A stretch of DNA of 64,000 nt, taken from contig NC_057719.1 of the NCBI RefSeq assembly GCF_004010195.1, positions 16,853,177-16,917,176 on the forward strand. The letters are read 5' to 3'. Source of the stretch: Chiloscyllium plagiosum (taxonomy: Eukaryota). Positions 51,735 to 63,860 of the stretch are shown piece by piece (position 1 is the stretch's first letter; the number at the start of each line of letters is the position of its first letter). Under the pieces are notes generated by a model. It saw nothing but the letters and a program-made list of their open reading frames with translations. It had not been told where the DNA came from and did not search any database. The position numbers and the translations under genes were made by a program.

Positions 51735-52147
51735 CATCCACCGCCAAACCACAACAACGGTACGGTCGGAGGAGGAGCGTCTTATCTTCCGACTGGGAAC
51801 CCTCCAACCACAGGGGATGAACTTGGACTTCACCAGTTTCTTCATCCCCCCTCCCCCCACCTTGTCTCAGCCGAATCCCTCCAGCCCGGCACCGCCTTCC
51901 TGACCTGCAGTCTTCTTCTTGACCTCTCCGCCTCCATCCTACTCCGACCTATCACCCTCACCTTGACCTCTTTCCACCTATCACATTTCCAACGTCCCTC
52001 CTCCAAGTCCCTCCTCCCTACCTTTTATCTTCTCCTGCTGAACACTCTCTGCTCATTCCTGAAGAAGGGCCTGTGCCCGAAACGTCGAATCTTCTGTTCC
52101 CTGGATGCTGCCTGACCTGCTGTGCTGTTCCAGCAATAAAGTTTCAA
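51735..52147 (+). mobile_element. Young 5'-truncated Penelope-like element (GIY-YIG C-terminus plus 3' repeat)
   Basis: EEERLIFRLGTLQPQGMNLDF peptide. Perfect 13-bp TSD cagttcaatttct (51722-51734 and 52148-52160). AATAAA near the end, and CpGs are retained. Confidence 0.9.
52055..52090 (+). ncRNA. Minimal type-I hammerhead ribozyme motif, intact, sense to SETD3
   Basis: ATTC-CTGAAGA-A-GGGC-CTGT-GCCC-GAAAC-GTC-GAAT; predicted cleavage after 52086. Confidence 0.75.
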
Positions 52148-53103
52148 CAGTTCAATTTCTGGTTAATACTAATTTCCAAGATGTTGGTAGGAAATGATTT
52201 AACAATAGTAATGAGACACGGTTAGATCCTCTCCTTGGGAATTGCAATGCTTGACACTTAGGTGGCATGAATGCTCCTGTTAGCTATCAACACAAAGCTT
52301 CATGTTGTCCAAGTCTTAATGCAAGTGGACATGGACTGTTTTAGTATCTGAGGCAGCAGAAATGCTTCTGAATACTGTGCAATCATCAATGAATATCCCC
52401 ACTCTAACCTTGTGTCAGAGGGAAGGTCATTGGCGAAGCTAGCTAAAAATGTTGGGCTTAGGACACTACCCTAAAAAAACTCCAATCATTCTCTGTTGTG
52501 TTAGGTTTGGCATCAATTATTGTAGAGTCTTTCCCCCTGATTTCCTGTGATGTCAATTTTGCTAGGATTCCTGACTGCTGTACCAGGTAAAATGCTGCTT
52601 TGCTGGGAAGAATAGTCATAACCACCTCTTGAATTCAGCTCTTTTGTCCATGTTTGAGCTGTGACTGCAATGAAGCCAGGAGCTGAGTGACCCTAGTGGT
52701 ATCCAAACTCAGCATCTGTGAACAGGGAAGTAGAGGAAATACAGGAAGTACCCAATTTGCATTCAGCAAGCTTTGGCAAGTAGCGCATAAGTGATAGTGA
52801 CTCAATAATCTGTCTTAGTGATCTGAGTTAGCCTGCTCCTCTTCAAGGTAATGTCATGAAATTATTTATATCCAGCTGACATGGCAACAAGAATTTGCAA
52901 TATGTTTTATCACTGTGCTTCAAACCCAGTTGGTTATCTTCTGAGGTATGGGTATGTAGAAAGAAGTGACCAGAAAGTTACTCAAACATCAAATAAATTA
53001 TTGTCTCAGTTAATTGGGTAATTCTGGATTCTGTTCAAAGTATTAGATTGGACATGGATGATGTAACCTCAGTTTTCCTCAAGAAAAACTGATGCTCAGT
53101 ATT

Positions 53104-53117
53104 GTGCCATTTGGTGG
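53104..53117 (-). promoter_or_regulatory. Candidate CTCF site (reverse)
   Basis: Reverse complement CCACCAAATGGCAC. Motif only. Confidence 0.4.
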
Positions 53118-53349
53118 TCAAAGTTAACATGATGAGCCTTTTAATGGGGCTTGAACCTACAATCTGGTCACTTCAGTAGTGCCACAAACTTAACCAAAAT
53201 GAAATTAGTGTAACAGAGTCCTGCCCCAGTGCCTTCTGCTGACCATCTTCGTGTAAAAGCATAGCTCCCCTGTGAAATAAAATTTGGGCAAAGGTTGCAA
53301 AAGATGCCAAAGTGTAAAAGAATTCAATTGCTTGCAGAATTTTAAGTTG

Positions 53350-53365
53350 CCAGCAGATGGTAGCA
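53350..53365 (+). promoter_or_regulatory. Candidate CTCF site (forward)
   Basis: CCAGCAGATGGTAGCA with an upstream TGCAG. Motif only. Confidence 0.45.
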
Positions 53366-54269
53366 CTTGCATGTTGTTTAATATTACAAAATAGCATCAG
53401 TGGATTAAAGTGAATTTTGGAATTTTTTTTAATACAAAATTGATTTTTTTTCCTGTAGCAATAAACATAATGTTCTTAGAGAGATAAAATCAATAAGAAA
53501 TTAATTTAACCTTTTCTTTCCTCTGAAGAAATAGGATTTTACAAATATTTGAACCCACTGAACTCTTGCAATTTTAATCTTTCTCAGCACCCAAGGTTGT
53601 GTTATTTTAAATCACTGATAATTGAAAAAAACGGTAAAGTGTTTAAACTTGGGATTCATTTAAAAAGGAAAAGCTGCAATATTAATCTGAAGAAGTACAA
53701 TCAATATCTCTAGCGTTTTTCTTTAAAAGTATATGATATGTCAGTATAGAATAAAAGTAGATTTACTTTTTATTACCAAGCTAGTACTCATTTTGCAACA
53801 GTGTGCTTATGAGTACAGGAGTCAATAAAAATGGGCTTCTACATGAAACTATTTTGGTATCCGTCAGTACATATCTAAGGGATTTGGTCGTCTGTAATTA
53901 TTTTCTCCTCTTTATAATGCAGTCGACATTGAAAGCTGATAGACTTGTCTAACATTCAAGCTGGGGGTTTTATTGAAGCCAGCTGCCTGTTAATGCATGC
54001 TGTTGCCTTGATGCTGAGAGCAGGCATCTTTCATAGAACAAAAAAAACTGCTATGGTTTATGATCCTGTATTTTTCTTTCTCCATAAACTACTATCCCTT
54101 TTACCCCATCTCTACATCACCCAATCTCATACCTTTGATTTTTCTTCATTCCCCACATCTAAAGGTGTTGACTACTTGCTTGTGTTCAGTTCCACTGTTG
54201 CCCATCAATACCAAAAGTTTTTATTTGAGAGGGAAGTCTGACATTTAATGTCCCAAGCTTAATCATCTT

Positions 54270-54465
54270 CATGCTACATACACAGCAAGAGGAGCTCCTG
54301 AAAAGCAGTCTATGGCAGGCTTTTTGCTTAGTCAGAGTTTGCTGTGGGAAAATTGACTTGTGTTTCCTATACTACAACAGTGACCAGAAGTATCTCATTT
54401 GCTGTAAAGTGCTTTTGTTTATGCCCTGAGGCTATAAAAGGTGCCGGACAAATGAAAGTTCTTTG
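54270..54465 (+). mobile_element. DeuSINE (SacSINE1/AmnSINE1-like) 3' remnant
   Basis: tgtttcctat..tacaacagtgac...gctgtaaagtgcttt...ctgagg..aaaggtgc resembles the recalled Deu-domain tail. Confidence 0.55.
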
Positions 54466-54479
54466 TGTCCATGGCTTTG

Positions 54480-54810
54480 GTCAGATATCTTTTCCCTATG
54501 GTGGGGGTGGGTTTCAAGACTCAGAGGCATATTTTTAAGGCGAGTTGAAAAAGGTTTTGAAAATCAATGGTGGGCAGTTTACTTTTCACACAGACTGGTT
54601 CAAGTGTGGAATGATCTTCCACAGGAAGTGGTGGATATGGATACAGTTAGTGTTTAAAAGGCATTTCGGTAAGTGCATAAATAAGAAATGTTTGGAGGGA
54701 TATGGGCCAAGTGTAGGCAGGTGGGACTAGTTTAGTTTGGGATTATGGTCAGCATGGACTGGTTGAACCGAAGGGTCTGTTTCTGGGCTGTACGATTCTG
54801 AGTCTATGAA
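54480..54810 (+). mobile_element. CR1 3' fragment
   Basis: VWNDLPQEVV peptide and tail. Confidence 0.8.
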
Positions 54811-55419
54811 ATGAACTTCTGTAGGGTTTTTTTGGGTATTACAAATGTGGATACAGTTAGCCCTGATTCTGTAGATCAAAAGACTTCACCTCTAGTTTGA
54901 ATTTGATGCTACAGACATCTATTGTGGTAGCTGTTTATATTTTTCTCCTTTGCTAGATCAACATGATTATGGAGGTGAGCTGCATTACTGTTTTCTCCAG
55001 AATGAGTTTGGCTTGCTGTTAGCAAATAATAGTGGGACAATTTGGATGGTATGTTTCATACAATGATCCACCTTCTAAAAGAAAAATTCCTATTCGGTTG
55101 GTAGAATGGAAATATGCATTGATATTTATTTCCCAATCAAAGCCAAATATTTGCCTGGAGGAGTAAAATTGGGTCAAATTACACTTCCAAATAATTGAAT
55201 ATAGAGCATCATTTGAATAAGTCTGGGTGCAGATCAGCTTGTATCTACTTTCATAAATAGTGAATGACATAAAACTGAACAGGGTAGGAATGTCTTTCTT
55301 AAGTGAAGATTAAACAGCATGAATCTTTACACTGTTGTCTGTGTTGCTTATGCTGACTAGAAAGTGATTTATTTTCGTATATGTGAAACTTCTTGGTAGT
55401 ATGCATTTTAAGACAGAAA

Positions 55420-55910
55420 GAGAAGAATGCTTATATAGAACTTTTCAGATATTCCATAGCCTACCACAGCTAAATTGTACAGGGCAAAGTCCCACAAACC
55501 AAGATAAATAAACAGATAATCTTTTGAAGGATATTGGTTATGAGCACACAAATCAGTACAGGAATTGGGCCTTCAACTCCTTGACCCTTCAATAATATCA
55601 TGGCTCATCTGATTGTAACCTCAAATCCTCATTTCTACTGCCCCCGTTAACCTTTCAGTTAAAGGGTGGTCAAGATTCTGAACTTCCCTGTTCTTCTGTA
55701 AACATTGCTGTCTTCTCATAACCCCCGTAGTAGTAGACAGTGCATCAATTTAATCTCTTTTCTGAAAAGTTGCATCTCTGATAATGCAGCACTCATTATT
55801 AGATTAGATTAGATTCCCTACAGTGTGGAAACAGGCCCTTCGGCCCAACCAGTCCACACCGACCCTCCGAATAGTAACCCACCCAGACCCATTTAACCCA
55901 CCCAGACTTC
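55420..55910 (-). mobile_element. DeuSINE remnant followed by an HE1/V-SINE tail (55797-55910)
   Basis: Reverse-complement similarity to 57125-57320; ttagattagattccctacagtgtggaaacagg tail. Confidence 0.55.
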
Positions 55911-56179
55911 TCTGAACTGTAGATTTTTCACTGTTCCTAATTGCACCCTGAATGTTCTAGTGCTACGTCAGCCTTTACAGTTTTACCATAAACATTGCAT
56001 TTCATTTAGTAGTTAATTCCTCAAATAGATCCTTATTAACTCTAAAATGTGAATATTAAGATCATTTCTGATGAATTGTAAAGGTTACACAGGTGCATCT
56101 ATGTGAGGCTCAGATGGAAAACAAACAAAGTATGCAGGATAAAAGTTTCCATTGGGTTTCACTTTTTATAGGCATAATA

Positions 56180-56620
56180 TTTGAGCTACAGGGAGAGGCT
56201 GAACAGGCTGCGGCTGTTTTCCCTGGAGCGTCGGAGGCTGAGGGGTGACCTTCTAGTGGTTTACAAAATTATGAGGGGCATGGATAGGATAAATAGACAA
56301 AGTCTTTTCCCTGGGGTCAGGGAGTCCAGAACTAGAGGACATAGGTTTAGGGTGAGAGAGAAAAGATATAAAAGAGACCGAAGGGGCAACTTTTTCACAC
56401 AGAGGATGGCACGTGTATGGAATGAGCTGCCAGGGGATGTGGTGGAGGCTGTACAATTGCAACATTTAAGAGGCATTTGGATGGGTATATGAATAGGAAG
56501 GGTTTGGAGGGATATGGGCCGGATGCTGGCAGGTGGGACTAGATTGGGTTGGGATAGCTGGTCGGCATGGACAGGTTGGACCGAAGGTTCTGTTTCCATA
56601 CTGTACATCTCTATGACTCT
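56180..56620 (+). mobile_element. Young CR1 3' fragment
   Basis: ORF 56181..56492 (LSYRERL...LRGDL..VYKI...FFTQR) and tail. Confidence 0.92.
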
Positions 56621-57124
56621 ATATATAAAGTCCATCAGGTCAATGCAGACAATTGTGGAATTTTACCAGTGAAAATTGAGTTTGTGATCTTTTCTACTAG
56701 TTTAAAAGCCAGGATACAAAATATTGGCTCTACCCATAAAATGAGACATAACTCCAAGCTGAAACTTGGGAAGTTTTGCTTTTGGAAGCAATGCAATTTT
56801 GAGCAATGCAAATCTTCGCCTGAAAGCCAGCGCACTTTGTGCTTCGATTGCCATTTGCACTTGAAATGAGCTTCTTGGCCACGGTGTACAAGCTGAAACC
56901 ACTCCTAACAGTTGAGCGGAAATTAATTTATGCTATGTTCAAAATATTCATGCTGCGGTTTAGATTCCTTGTATGTCAACCAAAATCAATGGTGCACAGC
57001 ACGCTGGAAGACAATATTTACATTTAATGTACCAACTGCAGTTGTCCAAGGTCGAAATCTGAAGAAACTTCATGAAGAAAATTAACAGTATACGTTTTAT
57101 ATTAGGGTGGTACAACCTAGGTTG

Positions 57125-57320
57125 ACATTTCAGTTCAATAGTGAGGGGTATAGCACTGTTGGAGGTGCTGCCTTTCGGCTGAGGTGTTAAGCCAAGGTCC
57201 CGTCTGTCAGTTCAGACAGATGTTTTGACATTGTTTCTTTTACATAAGAGTGGAGTTATTGTGACCAAAAATAGAATATCTGTTCACTGATCCTTTGCTG
57301 CTTGTGTGAGCTTAAATGAT
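57125..57320 (+). mobile_element. DeuSINE central (Deu) domain remnant
   Basis: gcactgttggaggtgctgcctttcggctgaggtgttaagccaaggtcccgtctg matches the recalled Deu domain. Confidence 0.65.
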
Positions 57321-59762
57321 TCTTTTTCCACTATAGCAGCAACCCGAGAGGCCTTTTAAAATGCAAATTAGCTGTTTGATTCTTTTGTGTTTCAAATAAT
57401 TTAATCTTGTGGTTTTGGATGAATGTAATAAACCATTTTGAACTACACTGATAGTCCAAAATGTTATGTGAGCACCTTGATTAGATTGCTGCCTTATAAT
57501 CACTGCTAGATATCTATTTTGTGTATGGCACTATGTTGCTAAGTTAATAGGCTTATTTTGTTTGTGGGACACTTCAGATTCATAAAGGCTATTTCATATT
57601 TCTCTAAGTCCTAGTACTGCACTACCGGTGCTTTATTTTGTAATTCTGAGTACATGCAGTGAAAATATTTTATGCAATCAGATTTACATTGCAAATGGAC
57701 TGTTAAGTTGTGATTAAATTTGCACACTTTAAAGGAGTGTGCCGTTCATTCAACTTATTGAACCTGTTTTGAAAATAGGGGTGGAAATTAATGCCCTCCC
57801 CCATATTTGAGGAGTAGGATGAGGAGGGGCTTTTATTCAAGATGGAGGGGACGTTAATGTCTTCTTGCCTTCATCACAATTGAGCTTGGAATGGGACTTC
57901 ATTTCCAGTCTGCTAGTTGAGGCTCTGAAGTGGGCAATCTAAGAGCCTCATCCTACAACCAATAGTATTAACTTAGTGGCAGATTGACCACCCAACAAGT
58001 ATGACCCCATGCATCTCCATTAAATACTGTCCTAAATTTTTGGGGTCAGTTCTATTAAGTTACAGTAACCAATTTTAGTTGAAATTTGTTGTTGTAGATT
58101 TTTAATTAATGGTGATTGAACAAAGAAAATCTAAATAAATAATGCAATAATGAGGTTAGCTTTATGTCATTGGAAAAAAAGCTATGATCAGCTCGAGTGA
58201 TCCTGGACAAGTGGGTCCTTACAGGCTGATATGTAATTCTGGCAGGGATTGGTCAGTCCTCTGGCACAAGCATCAAATTAGTAATCTCTGCAGTCATTTT
58301 CTGCTACTTTTCACCTTTGGAGAAATTTGAAACCTATACACTGTGTAGTGGTTTACTGGGAAAGTACAAATGACATAAAATCAGTATTAGAAATTAAGAA
58401 ATAAGTTAAATTGTGGATGCAGGTAAAGAATGGAGATCAGAAGTGGAGCACTATCATGAACAGCAGAAAGGTAGATTGTCTATTGCAGTGAAAAAAATAG
58501 AAATTGACAGTAGACCATGGGAATAAGTTTTCTTTTCTGGTGCAAATAATTAGATCAGCTTGTGGCTGAACATATTATATTCCCATTGTACATTCAAACA
58601 AAAATGTATATACCAGAGTTCTGTGCGCACAGTCGAGTTCTTTTTGAGATTAAGTTCGGAGGTTCCAAGACTCATAGGGTCAGTAGTTATGCACAGACAC
58701 TTGAAGCTGAATTTTCATGTCCTGATAGGGGACTGAATTGCATCTGATATATGACACTGTGGCTTTACAAATGTGGTCAGAACCATTTTCATGGAGTTCC
58801 TACATCCATTTCTGGCACTGGCAATTTTCAGTGGCACATGATAAAGGAAGAAGTCACACATGTTATGTCCCACTTTTGCCGGAGCCACTGTTGCTATATT
58901 TAAGTATTACATGATGCAGAATAACACTGTCAGAAGTGAATATTTCAGGCCATCTACAGTTTTCATTGTGGGGCTGGTTTTAGAAGTTGGTGCTTTTCAT
59001 GCCAGGACTTTGTAAAGCTATGTTTTAAAGTTGGGAACTGTCAATGCAAAAAAAGTTACCAATTTTACATATGAAATGCTGTATACAAATTCTATGGTTT
59101 AATATGGTGACTGATGATGGAGTTTTGATTTGAAAATTAAGTAACAACTGAATAAAATTTAATGTTTTCCAGGTTGTCACTTCTAGCATTTGGAAAGCTG
59201 TTGAGGGATTGGACAGTATTGCAAAAGTAGAAAATCCTTAAATGCATTAGAGTACATCATCCACTGAAAAACTTTCTATTTTGTATTATTTCTACATTTC
59301 ATTGCCATACAATGGTGTGTAGTGCCCAAACCTTTTTTCCCCCATGGAGATTCGGCTTAACCATCTGTTTGGCTAATTCAAAGGTTCAACAGATGTCTTA
59401 CATTTTGATTATTTTGAACAGTGTCTGTTGACAGCTACCAAGGGAAATGTCAAGTTTGCTTATTTGGACAAATCTGTGGTCTGTTAAGATTTATTGATAG
59501 ATTTATGAGCTCTTCCGAAACGCTTACATTTTAATATAGGGTTTATGAGTTCAGTTTATAATGGATACTGAGTGAATGGGTTGGGAGGGCAGAGGGGACG
59601 CATGGAGGAATTAGTGCTTATGGATGGGTATGAGTGGTGTAGTTATGGGCCTCGCTGTCATCTCCTGAACTGGCATAATGTCCCAGTGAACAAAGGGCAG
59701 CCTTTAACCCAAATGCCTTAGCATCGATGTGCCTCTGGCAGCAGGCTTTGCTCCAACTCAAG

Positions 59763-60112
59763 GAAGCGATGGCCTGATGGTATTATCGCTGGATTATTAA
59801 TCCGAGACCCAGATAATGTCCTGGGGACCTGGGTTTGAACCCTGCCTTGGCAGCTTTTGGAATTTGAATTCAATAAAAATCTGGAATTAAAAGTCAAATG
59901 ATGACCGTGAAACTATTGTTGAATGTCGGAAAAAGAAAACCCGTCTGGTTCACTAATGCCCTTCAAAGAAGAAAGCTGCTGTCATTACCTGGTCTGACCT
60001 ACATATGACACCAGACCCACAGCAATCTGGTTGACTCTCAATTACCCTCTGGGCAATTAGGGGTGTGCAATCAATGTTGTCATAGCGAACAATGCTGACA
60101 TCCTGTGAATAA
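59763..60112 (+). mobile_element. Full-length tRNA-derived SINE
   Basis: A-box-like tggcctgatgg, B-box-like ggtttgaaccc and a LINE-derived tail. A related copy lies at about 60430-60750. Confidence 0.72.
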
Positions 60113-61234
60113 ATTTTTAAAAAGCCCATTCTCAACACTCCACTGTAAAAGCAGTATGGGTGGGTACTTCCAGCCTGGAAGCAATAGTGCAACACTTGGG
60201 ACATCTCCCAGTGCCAGCTGCCTGCTTTCAAGATGAAAAGCTGGCCATGAAATGGAGTTAATGCACTGATAAAAGAGGGAAGATAAAGGAGCCTCATCAT
60301 TATAATATGTCTGTGATAAGAGGAACATTGGTCATGTGATAGTGATAATTAGCTGCTGCAGTGTTCATAAAATATCATTTGGGGCAGAATTTATACCAAG
60401 AATGATTTCTGTATAAGCACTGGCTGGTCACCCAGGTTAAATCTATAATGGAAAGCTAGTCTCCATAATTATACCATGAAACTATCAATGGCAGTCATTA
60501 AAAACCCTCACCTTGTTCACTATTGTTCTTTAGGGGGCATGTTTTTCTTTATCTGCTCTGACTTGCATGTTACTCCAGACCCCGGAAATTTGGTGGACCT
60601 CCCTCCGAAATGACCCTGCAATTCAGTTGTACCAAACCACTACAAAGAAGTTGACTGTAGTGGTTCAAGAAGGTACTCACTACAATCCTTGTGAAGGCAG
60701 GATGGACACCAAATATTGACCTTACCATTGGAAGGTCTGGTAAGCAAGACAATAATAGAAGGGTCAGTGAGACAAGTACAAGGACTGGCGAAGGAAATGG
60801 GGCAATGAAGACCGGCCTGTTAGTGTTTTAAGGAACAAAATTGTGAATTGCAAGGAAAGGAATAATTTGGATGAGTCAGCAAGCTGGAGTATCAGGAGCA
60901 GAAATTGAACATGAGGATAGATGAGCAGAAGGGTCACTATGGGGGGGGGGAGGGGGGTACGGTCTGACCAGCAGAAGGGTGAAGGAAGCATTGGATGGAT
61001 TTGGGAGAGTCGAGAAGGGAAGCCCCCAGTGGAAGAGTCAGGGAAAGAACTGTCAGAGGAGAAGAAATCAGTTTGCATTTTAAAATAAAACAAACTTGCT
61101 GAGTTATTTACCAAGAGGAATTTTATAGCAGTATTATTGGGGAATGCCTCTAATTTACCGACTAAAAAGCAAACGTTTTTTAAATGGGAGACACTTGATT
61201 GATTTTTATTGTTGTCACATTCAGTAAGATTAGG

Positions 61235-61440
61235 GAAGGTGGTCAAAAAGGCGGTGGGGGGGGGTGGCGTTGCTAATTAGAAATGGTATAACAGCTGCAG
61301 AAAGGCAGTTCGAGGGGGATCTGCCTTTGGAGGTAGTATGGGTTGAAGTCAGAAATAGGAAAGGAGCAGTCACCTTGTTGGGTGTTTACTATAGGCCCCC
61401 AAATAGCAGCAGAGATGTGGAGAAACAGATTGGGAAACAG
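61235..61440 (+). mobile_element. CR1 endonuclease fragment
   Basis: GGGVALLIR...VWVEVRN...GVYYRPPN. Confidence 0.8.
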
Positions 61441-61813
61441 GGCCCAGTCTTTGATGGCAGGATCAAACAGGTCAAGCTTCCCAAATAATAGAATGACGCC
61501 AGAAATGCTTACCTCAACTCAAAGCAGACTGTGTTGAGCATGTTTCTTCAGGTATGTGCATTACTCTTGTCGCCACTGAAATAACTCTACGGAGGCCAGC
61601 ATCCTGCCAACATGTCACCCTTTATTAACACGTGCAAAGTCCTCGACACCAGTCCAGTTTCCTCAGAACCAGTTCACAGAGTGTCAGATTGTCTGAACAC
61701 TCCTTTTTTGTGTGTGTCAGCCAGGGCTCCCTGATTGGACCAGATTAACAGCCCCAGTCAGGGAATTTGTATTCTATGCAGTCCACCCATCTGACCTCAT
61801 TACAATCACCACA
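61441..61813 (-). mobile_element. Gypsy-type 5' LTR (61577-61813) with PBS and gag start
   Basis: The minus strand starts TGT and ends TTCA, and contains CCAAT and AATAAA. It is followed by PBS-like GTGGCGAC and a gag-like LFGKLDLFDPAIKDW peptide. Confidence 0.7.
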
Positions 61814-61814
61814 T

Positions 61815-62105
61815 TGAGGGTCATGGATTTAGAAAGTGCTGCCTTAAGGAGTCTTGGTGAGTTTATGGAGTGCATGTCGTGAGTAGTACAGACTGCTGTC
61901 ATTGATTGTTGGTATTGAAAGGTGTGAATGTTGAAAGTGTTGGATGGCGTACCAATCAAGTGCTTCATCTTGGATGGTGTTAGGTTTCTTGAGTGTTGTT
62001 GGAGCTGAACTCATCCAGGCAAATGGGGAGTATTCCATCACACTCCTGACCTGTGCCTTGTAAGTGTCGGACAGACTTTGGGGAATCAAAAAGTCACTCA
62101 CCTCC
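61815..62105 (-). mobile_element. L2/CR1-group LINE RT C-terminal fragment
   Basis: YKAQVRSVMEYSPFAW peptide, homologous to 9975-10120 (YKPQVRNMMEYFPLAW). Confidence 0.7.
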
Positions 62106-62699
62106 TAGCGTCAAAATTGCTCTTTGTTGCCACAAACTGGCACTTACTGTATGAAACAGTGAGCAAAGTGCCATGGCATTACAGCACCTGTGAGCATGTA
62201 TCGCAGCATTAATCAGCACCTTCAGATAAAGAGGGAAGAACGTGGGGCAAACGTTCTGTGAAAACGTAGAAGTGAGTGTTGAGTTTGTACACAAGTGTGA
62301 AACACAGGCATCCAGTACCTAAGGAAAATAAACACAAAGAGTAGAATAGTTGTTCACAGATTGTGCCAATACAATGCAGTAATTAGACTCTCTAAACTCA
62401 GTCGTCAACAGGAAATGAGCAGTAGGGCTCTGCACATTTAAAATCCAATGCTGCACATTGAGTTTCTATGGAAACGTAACACACTCTTTTACAGAGTGTT
62501 TAATTTCTTACAGACGGCAGAGAGAGTCTGCTCATTTATGTTAGCGCTTCTTAATGGTCAAAATGATTGACCTTTGAGAAGGTATGCTAAGAATCTGTGT
62601 TAATGTGACCATTATTCCTTTAATAAATTATAAACTAATTATGGTAGTGACAAATACAATTGATCTCATAGAAAAGCTGAAGTATATGTGATTAATGAA

Positions 62700-63860
62700 G
62701 CAATGGCTGTACACAACATTGGTGAGGCCACTTTTAGAATACCGTCTCCAATTCTGGTCACCCTTCTATAGGAAAAATGTTGTTAAACTTGAGAGGGTGC
62801 AGAAAAGATTTACACAGATGTTGCCAGGACTGGAGGTGTTTTGTTATAGGGAGAGGCTGAATAGGCTGGGGCTACTTTCCCTGGAGTGTTGGAGGCTGTG
62901 GTGACTTTATAGAGGTTTATAAAATCATGAGGGGCATGGATAGGGTGAAAAGCCAAGGTCTTTATCCCCAGGGTAGGGGAATCTAAAACTAAAAGGCATA
63001 GGTTAAGGTGAGAGAGTGGTGGTAGATGGTAAATATTCAGCCTGGGGCCCAGTTACAAGTGGAGTTCCGCAGGGATCAGTTCTGGGTCCTCTGCTGTTTG
63101 TAATTTTTATTAATGACTTGGAAGAGGGAGTCGAAGGGTGGGTCAGTAAATTTGCAGATGATACGAAGATTGGTGGAGTCGTGGATAGTGAGGAGGGCTA
63201 TTGTCGGCTGCAAAGAGACTTCGATATGATGCAGAGCTGGGCTGAGGAATGGCAGATGGAGTTCAACCCTGTCAAGTGTGAGGTTGTCCATTTTGGAAGG
63301 ACAAATAAGAATGTGGAATACAGGGTTAACGGTAGGGTTCTTAGTAAGGTGGAGGAGCAGAGGGATCATGGGGTCTATGTTCATAGATCTTTGAAAGTTG
63401 CCACTCAGGTGGATAGAGCTTGTAAGAGGACCTATGGTGTATTAGCGTTCATTAGCAGTGGGATTGAATTCAAGAGTCATGAAGTGATGTTGCAGCTATA
63501 AAGGACCTTGGTTAGGCCACATTTTGAGTACTGTGTGCAGTTCTGGTTGCCTCACTTTAGGGAAGATGTGGAAGCTTTGGAGAGAGTGCAGAGAAGATTT
63601 ACCAGGATGTTGCCTGGAATGGAGAATAGGTCGTACGAGGATAGGTTGAGAGTGCTAGGCCTTTTCTCTTTGGAACGGCGAAGGATGAGGGGTGACTTGA
63701 TAGAGGTTTATAAGATGATCAGAGGAATAGATGATCAGAGTAGACACTCAAACTTTTTTTCCCGGGTACAACAGAGTGCTTAAGCTAGGACAGATGTTCG
63801 GCACAACATCGTGGGCCAAAGGGCCTGTTCTGTGCTGTATTGTTCTATGTTCTATGTACT
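62700..63860 (+). mobile_element. Two CR1 fragments; the second (63016-63860) is a young RT-to-3'-end copy similar to 18130-19785
   Basis: [14 protein letters not shown] and LERVQRRFTRM peptides; tail ttctatgttctatg. Confidence 0.92.

Larger units (their letters stand above)
51080..52720 (-). mobile_element. Old L2/CR1-group LINE fragment carrying nested V-SINE (51152-51292) and PLE (51735-52147) insertions
   Basis: Reverse-complement similarity to 11700-11930 and 23490-24130. Confidence 0.55.

Noticed and set aside
59763..59850. tRNA-like A/B boxes, also near 1700, 25960 and 41070
   Set aside because: These are SINE heads continuing into SINE body and tail, with no cloverleaf.
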